A stretch of 64,000 nucleotides of DNA from the human T2T-CHM13v2.0 reference genome, Homo sapiens: the NCBI RefSeq assembly GCF_009914755.1, contig NC_060929.1; one strand, written 5' to 3'. The translations under genes and the position numbers were made by a program. Of the stretch, positions 32,151-64,000 are shown piece after piece; within the stretch, counting starts at the first letter, position 1; every line of letters starts with the position of its first letter. The notes under the pieces were generated by a model that was not told the origin of the DNA, searched no databases, and saw only the letters and a program-made list of their open reading frames with translations.

Positions 32151-33854
32151 CCCTTGGCCGTTTTATAATAACCAGAACAGCCCATTTCCCCATGGACACA
32201 CATTCCAAGCTCTCCACAGCCCAGTACCACCGTTATGCAAAGGATATGGATGGAACTCACATTCAGAAAGCTAGAAAATAAGGCTGTGCCAGGCACAGTA
32301 GATGAGCAATGAGAAGATGCCAATGTCTTTTCTAGAAGCATGAGTGATCCAGCTCTTTGGTTCTGAACATTTCTGTGCTTTAGCGTTTCTCTCCCTCATT
32401 CACAGTAAAGACATCTGCAGCTCTTCCCTCCTGAGATAAGAAACTGGAACAGCCACCACCTGCTCCCTGATGTTTTCACCATCTCTGCCACTTGTTACAA
32501 CGACCACTTAGCCAGACATCTCGGCGCAGGGATCCCCCTTAAACTGCAGAAGCAAGACCAGCCCACCACCCTTTCTTTTTATTCCTGCCATAATTTGATG
32601 CTAGTAACACTCTGCCTACCTACTTCCAATGGTAACAAATATTTTGTAGAATATGCAAGTTTATTTTGTAGATTGTGGTCCCTGGAGTGAGAGAAACTCT
32701 CCACCTACCAGACCTGTGACTTAGGTAAGTCACTCTGTGTCTCCAAACTTAATTTCCTTGATGTGGAAAATGGGGATAGAAGTTAATAACATTGCAGGAA
32801 AGGGGACATGAGTTATAATATAAAACTCTCTGCATGGTTCCTATTGGATAATTTTGCTATTATTATTGCTTGTATTTTTGTCACATTATAACCAACTTAG
32901 TTTTACTTGTTAAAGTACACACAATTGGGTTTTTTTAAAAGAATTAATTTAATTTACTAGCACAAAAGCTAGTGTTAAAAATAGGTGTTAAAAATTGAGT
33001 CCCGGCAGGGCACCGTGGCTCACGCCTGCAATCCCAGCACTTCGGGAGGTCCAGGCTGGCAGATCACTTGAGGTCAGGAGTTTGAGACCAGCCTGGCCAA
33101 CATGGTGAAACTCCATTTCTACTAAAAATATAAGAAATAGCCGGGCGTGGTGGCTCGTGCCTGTAGTCCCAGCTACTCAGGAGGCTGAGACAGGAAAATT
33201 GCTTGAACCGGGAGGCAGAGGGTGCAGTGAGCCAAGATGGCGCCACTGCACTCCAGCCTGGGCAACAGAGTGAGAATCTGTTTAAAAAAAAAAAAGAAAA
33301 AAAAAGTGAGTCCCATCTGATAAACCGAATATTTAAGTAAATTTGAAATATTTTTTGCCCCATGATATTTAGGGGTTTCTACTAATTGACTTTGATGTTC
33401 AAGGGCTGTTTTGTGATCCCAAAGCCATTGCCACTTTTACTTTGAACAAGCTGGACTCATGGGGTACTCCAGAGCCAACTCTGTTTTCTCCACGCAGCCT
33501 GCTCCTTGCTGCTGGTTCTGAGTCCCTGAATGAAATCTGGGATCTTCATGGCTTACCTACTTACATTCAGGAAAATAAAAAAAAAATCCTCCAGTCATCT
33601 CCAATAACAAGAAGAGGTCTGATTTCACTCATTAAACTATGCAGTGTGATGTCATAGCCAAATGGCCACACCGCATTGGAGAGCCAAGTTTTCTCTCCCA
33701 GAACAGCCTGCCTGGGCGCGGGCCACCATGCCCGGCTAATTTTTGTATTTTTAGTAGAGACAGGGTTTCACCATGCTGGCCAGCCTGGTCTCGAACTCCT
33801 GACCTCGCGATCCGCCAGCCTCGGCCTCCCAAAGTGCTGGGATTACAGGCGTGA

Positions 33855-34094
<240 letters not shown>

Positions 34095-34689
34095 TAGCCA
34101 GGATGGTCTCCATCTCCTGACCTCGTGATCCACCTGCCTGAGCCTCCCCAAAGTGCTGGGATTACAGGCGTGAGCCACCGCGCCCGGCCTCTTTTTTAAA
34201 GAAGGTTTTATTTTTGCAGTAACATTACTAGCGCTATTGACAAGTATCAAATGCACACTGTATAACTACAGCAAACCCATCCACAACGTATTCGACTGTT
34301 CAGAGCCCTGAATGACATCTTGATAAAGAGCCAAAAGTTGTTTCCATAAAGATCTTCAAGGTGTTTGAGCACATCTTGTCAGACGCCCGTAAAGGAAGCT
34401 GACTCTCACTGGGTTCCAGGAATTACGTGGTTACGTCCATAACAGCCCATCTGACAAGTGGCAAATACCCGTGGAAAACCAATTAACTGTGCTCCTCGGT
34501 TTACCCTGGAGGATGGTGGCGGATGACGCGACTAAGTTTGCTTTGAGCCTGCTTCAAGTTCCAACTTCCTTGGAGTTAGTCGCATTTACAATTTAAAACA
34601 TGCAAAAATCCACGCTTGTGTATGAAATTCGTGTTTCTTCAGAACATGAGGCTAAGACAACGTGGATATTATGGGATGATGGGCCGTTC

Positions 34690-35530
34690 ACAGAGAAATC
34701 CCCGTCCCGGGCACACTCAGGCCTGGCGCCTGGCCTGCGGCTCACCTGGTGGGAGGAAAGGTTTCTCTGGGTGGTCCAAGGCGGCACAGGTGACCCAGGG
34801 CGAGGAGCCTCTGGGGGGCTCAGCGAACCCAGCGTCCACTCAAGCTCGTCCTGCCCCTGGCAATCCACGCGGTGCCGGGTGGGTGCATGGGAGCCACATC
34901 AAAGTCCCCCCACAAGTGCCTGGGGCTCCCCGCTGATTTCGAGGTCTACAGAATGGGTTTCTTGCAACTCACATCCTTCAGCTGGAGGACCCCAGAAAGG
35001 CAGAGCTCCCGTCCAGAGTGTGCTGGTCCCGGACGCAGACCTGCTCCCAAATGCCCTGGGGTCGGGCGTAAGGCCTGGGGATCGCCGGAGCCTGGTTTCC
35101 TCACTGCGGTGCTCACTGCCGCCGCCTCTTCCCCGGACGCCCGGTCTGTCTGAGGTCGCCGGGTCTGTGGACGCGGATCCGAATCGGAGCTTCCGAGGGT
35201 GATCTGAGATCCAAAGTCAGGAGTCTTCTGCATCCTGCCCTTTGTCAGCGCTGGTCCTCATTTCACCTGCCCAGGGCCTTCAGGAGGGGCGACACTCTCC
35301 GGCTGCGGGCGGCCCAGCGCTCGCCCCCCTCGGCCCCACGTACTCTTCCTGCCTCGCCCCCATCGCCCTCCTCCGGCTTCCCGCGCCTCCCGGGGCTCTG
35401 CGCTTGCGTCCAGGGCGCCCTCTCCGGGGACAATGGGCGGGTGCTTCGCAGGCTGCAGTCAGGGCCGACTTCACCCGGCGAGGACAGGGCGAGGCGCTGG
35501 GCCCAGAGGTATGTTTGAAACGATTCGCGT
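34690..35530. promoter_or_regulatory. Orphan CpG island
   Basis: ~0.8 kb of GC- and CpG-rich non-Alu sequence sharply bounded by AT-rich DNA. Possible splice donor GAG|GTATGT near 35508. Confidence 0.75.
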
Positions 35531-36195
35531 ATGTGAATCTACTTTTTGAATTGTAAATTTTATGAAACCTAAATACAAATCATGTACTTCTTATGAAAAT
35601 TTCGTGTCTGAATTAAGAAGTGCTATCAATATAAAATAACAGATTTCGAAAACTTAGTACAAAAATAGAAGGTGAAATATTTCATTCATGTTTATGTTGA
35701 TAACATGTTCAAATGACACTACTTTGGACGTATTGAATTAAATATATTATTAAAACTCATTGCACATATTTCTTTTTACTTTTCTAAGTGGCTACTACAA
35801 ACATTAAGTCACATGTGTTCTTGCATTATATTTCTACTGGACAGTGTGCTGTACAAGAAAATAGAAAAAGTATAAAAATTATCCAGTTCATTTTATGAAA
35901 CTAGAATTTTTAATTCTCAAATCAGATAAGGTTAACATAAAAATAAAATTATAAAACCATTTTTTACTTATGATCACTGATATAAAACAAAATATAGCTA
36001 ACAGAATCAAATAGTATATATATAAATTTATCATATTGTATTTAAGATCTTTATTTTTCTAACATTCTTGGTCCTATGAAAACATTTCAGTATACAACAT
36101 CAGAGAAAAACCATCATAATCTATATGCCAGTCATCACAATCGACATGGTATAATTTTTAAAAATAAACTATCTTGCCCTGTAGATGTATATATA

Positions 36196-37293
<1,098 letters not shown>

Positions 37294-37345
37294 CATATAA
37301 AATCAAGTAAAACTTAGCTTAGGAATATAAGAATTTTTCTTTTTT

Positions 37346-37416
37346 ATAGTATGTGTGTATATATATGTATATATGTGTGTCTATATAGGTATACATGTGT
37401 GTGTATATGTATATAT

Positions 37417-37467
<51 letters not shown>

Positions 37468-37470
37468 TTA
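37346..37470. repeat. (TA/TG)n plus poly-T tract
   Basis: Direct reading of the sequence. Confidence 0.9.
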
Positions 37471-38167
37471 AATAGGGATGAGGTCTCACTATGTTGCCCA
37501 GGCTGGTCTCAAACTCCTGAGCTCAAGCGATCCTCCTGCTTCAGACTCCCGGAGTCCTGGGAAGAATTTTTCAACATCAAAAAATCTATTAACATGAGCT
37601 ACCACAGTAAAAAGAAAAAAAACATATAATTATCTCAGTCTATTCAGAAAGAAATTTGATAAGATTTAAAGCCTACTTATGATTTTTTCCCTCTTAACTA
37701 ATTAAGACTGGAAGAAACTTTCTCAACTAGTAAATTTCATATACCAAAAGCTTACATCAAAATTTTACTTGAGGAAGAAAATTGCAAAGATCCTTAATTA
37801 ATTAATCCTTTAAGTCAGGATTAATTAACACAAAAATACTCAGTAATCCCCTGTGGTTTAACACAGAACTGCATTCTCCTGGTCAATGCCCTAAGGAAAG
37901 AAAAATAAAGAAAAGATGTAAGGATTGGAAGATGAGAGAAAATTGTCATAATTCGAAGATGATATCACCGTCTACCTAGAAAGAAACCACCGGCTGGGCG
38001 CGGTGGCTCAGGCCTCTAATCCCAGCACTTTGGGAGGAAGAGGCAGGTGGATCACTCAAGGTCAGAAGTTTGACATCAGCCTGGCCAACATAGTGAAACC
38101 CACTCTCTCGCTACGAAAAATACAAAAATTAGCTGGGCGTGGTGGTGCATGCCTGTAATCTCAGCTA

Positions 38168-38326
<159 letters not shown>

Positions 38327-40557
38327 TCATGCCTGTAATCCCATCACTTTGGGAGGCCGAGGTGGGCAGATTACTTGATGTCAGAAGTTCGAAACCAGCC
38401 TGGCCACATGGTGAAACCCCGTCTCTACTAAAAATATTGTAAAAATTAGCTGGGCATGGCGGCAGGCACCTGTAATCCCAGCTACTCAGGAGGCTGAGGC
38501 AGGAGAATCACTTAAACCTGGGAGGTGGAGGTTGCAGTGAGCCGAGATCATGTCCAGCCTGGGTGACGAAACGAGACTCTGTCTAAAAAAATTAATGAAT
38601 TAATTAAAATAAAATAGTCAAACTCACAGAAGCAGAGAGTACAATGGTAGTTTCCAGGGGCTGAGGGGAGGAGGAAGTGGGGAGTTGCTGTTCAATGGGT
38701 TGAAAGTTTCAGCCCATTGATGAACGTGTTATCTGCTGCACAACGTCATGCCTGTTCATAATACTGCACTGCCCACTTAATTTGTGAAGAGGGTAGATCC
38801 CATGTTAAATGTTCTTACCACAAATTAAAAACAAAAAGAATCAGCCAATTAGAAATCCTTAATTTTAGTAATTTTTTATTTGAGGTAAGTTATCTTCTGA
38901 GGTTTTAAAGTAAAGAAATAGGCCAGGTCCAGTGGCTCACACCTGTAATCCCAGCACTGTGGGAGGCCTGGGTGGGCAGATAGCTTGAGCTCAGGAGTTC
39001 AAGACCAGCCTGGGCCACATGGTGAAACCCCATCTCTGCAAAAAATACAAAAATTAGCCGAGCGTGGTGGTGGGCGCCTGTGGTCCTAGCTACTTAGAAG
39101 GCTGAGGCGGGAGGATCGCTCGAGCCCAGGAGGCAGGAGTTGCAGTAAGCCAAGATCATGCATGCCACCGCCGAGGAGACAGAGCAAGACCCTATCTCAA
39201 AAAACAACAACGAAAACAAAAAAAAACCCTTACACAATGTTGACTCTAGATTGGTGCAACTCACCGTATGCTAAAGTGAAAGTGTAAAAGGACAGATGGA
39301 GGAAAGGAAGCATGGGTAAATAAGGAGGCGTGTGATAACGCAGTACAGCAAAGTGTTTACTCTAAAACCTAGGTGATTGTAAGAGTGTTCATTCTGCAAT
39401 TCTTTCAACTTTTCTATATGATTTTCTGGACAAAATGTTAGAGGGAAACACCAAAAACAAAACTATTTGTCATATAAGTCTACGTCTGTAAGTAAATGTG
39501 AAGGAAACTGTCTATATGGATACCCAGAAAGGGAAGGGAAGGAATTGGGCAGGTGGGGGGCGGAGGGGGTAAGGAAGTTTGGAGAACAGAAACTTGCACT
39601 TTTGCTTTTCCATGTTTTGATTTTTTGCAATGAGAATATACTCATGTAGTCCTGTGCTATTTTTTTATGTAAAAAGCTCAGCATGTGAGAGTCCCCACAA
39701 GCTCATGAGGTAGCATCACTCTTGTGCAGAAGAGGAATCCTAGAGCCAGACAGTTACAGGGGTCCACCAAGGTTACCTAGAGTCAGGAACGACAGGGAGG
39801 ACAGGAACGAGAGTCTGGTCTGTGCTCCTCCGGGTAAATAGGCTTTGGTAGAAAGGTCTGGGGCCTCCTCTCCCTGCCTTGCCCAGCCCTTCCTCCTACC
39901 TTGGGCTGACGTACACCAGCATCCCTTCATGGTTGTCTGTGGGGCAGGAGACACACATAGCTGCACTCCTGGGGTACTCCCAGGCCTGAGCATCCACCTG
40001 GATGTCCACATTGGATGTGTCCTCTGCCCCCCAACTCACCCATGCCCAGCTCAGCAAGCCCAGTGGATACTTCATTCTCCTCCCGTAGCCCATGTCCAAC
40101 CAACAACCACAGCCTCCCCATCGCCCTTCTCCAGCATCTGTGGTCTTAGACTCCCTTGTGAAATCCCCACTGCTTCTGCCTCAGTTCAGTCCTCATCTCT
40201 CACCCGGATGACTGTGGATAGTTTCCCAACCACCACCATGCCTGGCTAATTTTTGTATTTTTAGTAGAGACGGGGTTTCACCATGTTGTCTAGGCTGGTC
40301 TCGAACTCCTGACCTCAAATGGTCCGCCCACCTTGGCCTCACAAAGTGCTGGGATGACAGGCATGAGCCACCTCACCTGGCCTACACCGGCATCAATTTT
40401 GAAGAACTCATGATGTTGTTCACTGAGAAGTAGATGAACTTCCAACTCTGTGCAGAGCGGAGCTTCTGGACTAGTGTGGCCATCGGGCTATTAGCTGTGC
40501 AGAGATATTATGCCCTTGGCCCAGAGATGAGCAGGTAAAATTCGGGGGAACCAGACT

Positions 40558-40770
40558 TCCCGAGGGTTACCTCTGCAGCAAGCAGGCTCGTCCATTTACA
40601 ACGCTGTGTTATACAACAAACAGTGTCCCAGGTCCCGAGGGTTACCTCTGCAGCAAGCAGGCTCGTCCATTTACAACGCTGTGTTATACAACAAACAGTG
40701 TCCCAGGTCCCGAGGGTTACCTCTGCAGCAAGCAGGCTCGTCCATTTACAACGCTGTGTTATACAACAAA
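40558..40770. repeat. 75-bp tandem repeat, ~2.8 identical copies
   Basis: CGAGGGTTACCTCTGCAGCAAGCAGGCTCGTCCATTTACAACGCTGTGTTATACAACAAA at 40561, 40636 and 40711. Confidence 0.95.
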
Positions 40771-40939
40771 TAGTATCATGTCCCAGGGGGATCATAATGT
40801 GAAAAAGATTAAGAGGCACAGCTTTAGAGAGTGAGAATTTCTGGTCCTAATAAAGGAATGAAAAGACCATAAAGTTTGAGAATATTGGCTCAAGAAACGA
40901 TTAGGAAGAACCACCTACCCTAGAAAAGTGAAGATTTTC

Positions 40940-50885
<9,946 letters not shown>

Positions 50886-50889
50886 ATTT

Positions 50890-52550
<1,661 letters not shown>

Positions 52551-52689
52551 TTCAATATGTAAACGAGGCACAACTACCACTGAAATAACATAGACATTTG
52601 CACGTGTAATTCTGAACAAATCAATTTAGCTACGTTCCAGGAAAATTTAGGGTACACTTATGGTAGTCATTACACTGCTCACAAAGATT

Positions 52690-52990
52690 CCCAGTTGTGG
52701 TTTTCCCAGACAGAAATAGGTCTGAACTTCCCAACTCCCTAGAAATTAAACGTGGCCATGTGATTTGCTTTCACCAATGAAATGTGCATAAGTGACCTTT
52801 GTCATGCAGGACTGGAGCATGTAATATTTATGCAAAACTCCCAACAGGCTGGGTCCTGAGAGACTACAATGAGTTGGGCAGAGTACTCACCCCATCTACA
52901 TTGACATGTAGCATGATGAGAAACCAGCTTTTAGGTTAAGCCATTGAGATTTGGGGGTTGTTACTGAAGAATAACCTTGCCTGATAAATG
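52690..52990 (+). mobile_element. MLT1-type MaLR LTR fragment
   Basis: GTGGCCATGTGATTTGCTTTCACCAATGAAATGTG and TTAAGCCATTGAGATTTGGGGGTTGTTACTG are MLT1 hallmarks. Confidence 0.65.
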
Positions 52991-53247
52991 TTGAAACTGT
53001 TCCCCCAAAAAAGAGTTAATGTTTTTATACAAAATGGAATTCGGTTCCACGCCCTGATCATTATAAACAAACTTTTCACCTACATAAATGTCCAGTAGCA
53101 TTGGAAAGTCATGAAGGATTCGGGACAATGCTGTTATTCTAGACTATCTTCATCCCTGTCTATGCATCCAGTAAAGACTAGTAGGGCCGGGCTCAGTGGC
53201 TCACGCCTGTAATCTCAACACTTTGAGAGGCCGAGGCGGGGGGATCA

Positions 53248-53508
<261 letters not shown>

Positions 53509-53547
53509 CTAATCCCAGCACTTTGGGAGGCTGAGGCTGGCGGATCA

Positions 53548-53814
<267 letters not shown>

Positions 53815-55144
53815 TCATTACACAACTCAAACACCAACTCCACAAATTCCCAAAACACTCCTAGATGAAGTGGTATCCCTTCACTGAGAACTGGCCTTTC
53901 AGGGACCAGACATATCATGCAACCTAGTGAAGTGGGCTGGACCAAGACAGGTCCAGGGAGCAGCTGGGCGTCTAAAGGGGCAGCACAGTTTATTCCCAAC
54001 AGTTTGTTGCCATCTGGGAATATGCCATGAGTTACCAAATATTCCAGTGATTCCAGAGAAAGCTAAAATCCAGATTCTTATGTGAAATCTTTTGATTTCT
54101 AAATATTGGCAACAAGTTTTAAGATTTGTAAACATTCTGGGAATCAAAACAGCTCTGCTGGTTTGGTGTGGCTCATGTTGCCTCACTTTGCAAAGTGTTA
54201 AGTGCTAGTAAATTTTAGTGTTTTTCTGAGACAGGGTCTCACTTTGTCGCCCAGCCTGGAGTGCAGTGGCCATGATCTCCGCTCACTGTGGGATCGACCT
54301 CCCGGGCTCAAGCGATCCTCCCACTCTCAGCCCCCCAAGGAGCAGGAGTAGAGCTGTCCCGCCACGACATCTGGCTGGTTTTTTGTTGTTGTTGTTGTTG
54401 TTGTTTTGGTATTTTAGTAGAGACGGGGTTTCGTCCTACTAAAGGCCCGCCTGGGCCTTCCGAAGTGCTGGGATTACAGGCGTGAGCCACCGCGCCCGGC
54501 CAAAATTTTCCTTTGTACTTACTCAAATTCCTTTCTTTTCCAAGTGAAGAAACAGACTGAGTGTATAGTGACTTACCCAGGCCACACAGTTGGATACTAG
54601 AGATAGTAGTCACAATCGCTAACATCTGCCATGTGGTCCTTACTGCAAATCTTATTTAATAATGAGGTCGGTTTTTGTTATCCCACTTAACTAATCAATA
54701 GGAGAAGCCACCTCTGATTTCCAGTCCACTATCGTGCACTCTTTCTTGCCAAGCCGTCATAGTCATTAGATTAAAAAAAAAAAAAATTCCTGCTTTCCTG
54801 CCTCGCCTGTGCGTTTCCTTAGTCGCCCTTTCGGGGCTTGTTCTAATGAGTGCTACAGAAAAATGACGAAGTGGAAAATATAGACCATGAAATGAAAATT
54901 TAAAAGAGGAAATGGTGTCACAAAGACAACGACGGCCAGGGAACCCCGTGAAGCGCCGGGCAGGGTGCACAACTGTCCTCGGAGAAAGTTCAAGAGGAAC
55001 TTCCCCGCGAACAGGTCCTGCCGGCGGCCGGGAATACGCACACTTTTTATGTTATGACTTGGACTTTCCCGAACCTTTCGAAACAGAGGGAAGGCGAGGC
55101 GGTGAAGAGGGAGAAAAATCTCCCCCACCTAAGGCAAAGGCGAT

Positions 55145-55358
55145 GCCCGCCCGCCCCCACCCCGCGCCCGCCCGCCCGCCCCCACCCCGCGCCCGCCCGC
55201 CCGCCCCCACCCCGCGCGCGCCCGCCCGCCCCCACCCCGCGCGCGCCCGCCCGCCCCCACCCCGCGCGCGCCCGCCCGCCCCCACCCCGCGCCCGCCCGC
55301 CCGCCCGCCCCCACCCCGCGCCCGCCCGCCCGCCCCCACCCCGCGCCCGCCCGCCCGC
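55145..55358. repeat. 25-bp C/G-rich minisatellite, ~8.5 copies, in the RUFY1 core promoter
   Basis: Unit ~GCCCGCCCGCCCCCACCCCGCGCCC. The single A per unit falls at 55159, 55184, 55209, 55234, 55259, 55284, 55313 and 55338. There is no T in 214 nt. Confidence 0.95.
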
Positions 55359-55361
55359 TGG

Positions 55362-55386
55362 GTCACATGACACGGCCAAGATGGCC
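55362..55386 (+). promoter_or_regulatory. CLEAR/M-box-like E-box GTCACATGAC (55362-55371) and YY1-like CAAGATGGCC over the start codon
   Basis: Motifs read directly from the sequence. Binding is inferred. Confidence 0.55.
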
Positions 55387-55690
55387 GACCGGGAAGGCGG
55401 CTGCGCTGCTGGGCGGGGGCGGGAGCTGGAGCCGGAGCTGGAGCCGGGGCCGGGGCCCGGGTCAGCGCTTGAGCCGGGAGAAGAGTTTGAGATCGTGGAC
55501 CGAAGCCAGCTGCCCGGCCCAGGCGACCTGCGGAGCGCAACGAGGCCGCGGGCGGCCGAGGGCTGGTCGGCGCCCATCCTGACCCTGGCACGCAGGGCCA
55601 CCGGGAACCTGTCGGCGAGCTGCGGGAGCGCGCTGCGCGCGGCCGCGGGGCTGGGCGGCGGGGACAGCGGGGACGGCACGGCGCGCGCAG
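55381..55690 (+). CDS. RUFY1: RUN and FYVE domain-containing protein 1, coding exon 1 (long isoform)
   Basis: [103 protein letters not shown] is recognised as the RUFY1 N-terminus. Kozak aagATGG, 310 nt, then donor CAG|GTAGGC. Confidence 0.95.
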
Positions 55691-56309
55691 GTAGGCTCGG
55701 GCCGGGTCTGTCCCGCGGCGGACTCGCGTGTCCCCGCTGGCCGCCGGCGCGGGCGCGGTGGGGGCCGGGCTGGGAGGGCACTGGCCGTTCCGGGAGGTTA
55801 CGCGAGCTGTTGGCGGGCGGGCGGCGCCTGGCTGCGCCTGGGTCTTTACTCCGGCGGCCCAGCCGAGACCGCCCCCCGCAGCCCCGCGTGCCTGAGCGCG
55901 CTCCCGCACCCGCGCCTCTATGCTCTCCCACTAACTAGGTGAAGGACGTGTGCGCGTCCGGGCTTCGGAACTCTGTAGTAACTCCACACACGAAACGGAG
56001 CCAGCACTGTTCTGCTTTTCAGCCGTTCAGTGCGGGAGTGGAGCGCCGGCGGGTGTTGGGAGGGCGTGGGCCCTGCGCGCAGCGGACCAGCGGCGCCTCC
56101 GCTCACCTCTGCCTGTGAGATGGGGATTTTAAAGTCACCCGATGATCTCTTAAAGACCTTTTCAGCCCTTGTAATGAACAGAGTGCCAGCATATCAGTGA
56201 TAGTAAGAGTTAAGTAACTTAGCCCTCTAACGCCAGACATCCAGAGCTGTGCTATCCAATACAACAGCACGCATATGTTTTTGTGTGTGTGTTTTTGTTT
56301 TTATTTATT

Positions 56310-63397
<7,088 letters not shown>

Positions 63398-63904
63398 TTA
63401 TACCACCCCCAACGAAATGCTTTACTTAAGCCACTTTTAACCCTCTCCACAACCAAGGTGAAATGCTTAGGCTGTTTCTTCTTGCCCAGCAGCTCTCCCC
63501 CTACCTTCTTGGGTTTTGCTGAGATAATTTTGAATTTTTAGTCCCAGGATGTCTCAGTATTTATTTAAGACCTTTACTACAAGTTCACGGCCATAATATT
63601 ATCGTTCAGATTTAACTGTAATTAACTATATAAAAATATAGTACGTATAAATATGCTCTTTAATTGTCCATATTAATCAATGCTGGTGAAATAAAACAGG
63701 TAAAGGATTAGTATCCAAAATATACAGGTCAGTAAGACAAAGGCAAGCAATTCAACACGAAAGTCAATTGAGCAAGCAATTCACAGAAGAAATACTAGCA
63801 GAGAATAAACAGAAGTTATTTAACCTCAGTAGTAATTGGACAGCTGCAAACCAAAAACAATACGATCCCCCGCCCCCATTCCAATTGGCAAATATTTCCA
63901 AGAC

Positions 63905-64000
63905 AATGTAAACGCGCGCGCGCGCCCGGGTGAGGGCCGCGCTTCGCACCTGGGACTTTCCTGCCAGGACTCTTACTTTGGGATCTAAACTTTTAGTTTC
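63905..64000 (+). promoter_or_regulatory. Edge of a second CpG-rich region with a (CG)n run, possibly the RUFY1 alternative promoter
   Basis: CGCGCGCGCGCGCCCGGGTGAGGGCCGCGCTTCGC after AT-rich intron sequence. Truncated by the window end. Confidence 0.45.

Larger units (their letters stand above)
54930..56110 (+). promoter_or_regulatory. RUFY1: RUFY1 CpG-island promoter
   Basis: Very high GC and CpG density around the first coding exon. Confidence 0.9.

Noticed and set aside
31871-32341. 156-aa minus-strand ORF as a functional gene
   Set aside because: Only part of it is in the PTS frame. The frameshifts and the missing exon 3 indicate a pseudogene.
55047-55938. Three ~290-aa ORFs on both strands over the RUFY1 promoter
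   Set aside because: GC-rich repeat and CpG-island sequence lacks stop codons. Only 55381-55690 matches a known protein and has a Kozak ATG and a splice donor.

Overview
Human (or very close hominoid) genomic DNA, extremely Alu-dense. It is recognisable as the region just upstream of RUFY1 (from recall, 5q35.3). RUFY1 coding exon 1 is at 55381-55690 (+) in a CpG island, and the rest of the window is RUFY1 intron 1. A complete four-exon C5orf60/SPATA31J1-type paralog with an uninterrupted 353-codon spliced ORF lies at 27083-29619 (+). Also present: a PTS processed pseudogene that lacks exactly the 23-nt exon 3, a polyadenylated 3'UTR-like retrocopy, a full-length 968-bp HERV-K(HML-2) LTR5_Hs solo LTR, a 34-bp SVA stub with a perfect 16-bp TSD inside an Alu, three minisatellites (51, 75 and 25 bp; the 25-bp one abuts the RUFY1 start), an orphan CpG island, and Charlie1/Tigger1/MER/L1 fossils. 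Almost all ORFs in the six-frame track are Alu- or repeat-derived artefacts. There are no prokaryotic systems, CRISPR arrays, tRNA or rRNA genes. Gene and repeat family names come from recalled sequences, not from database searches.
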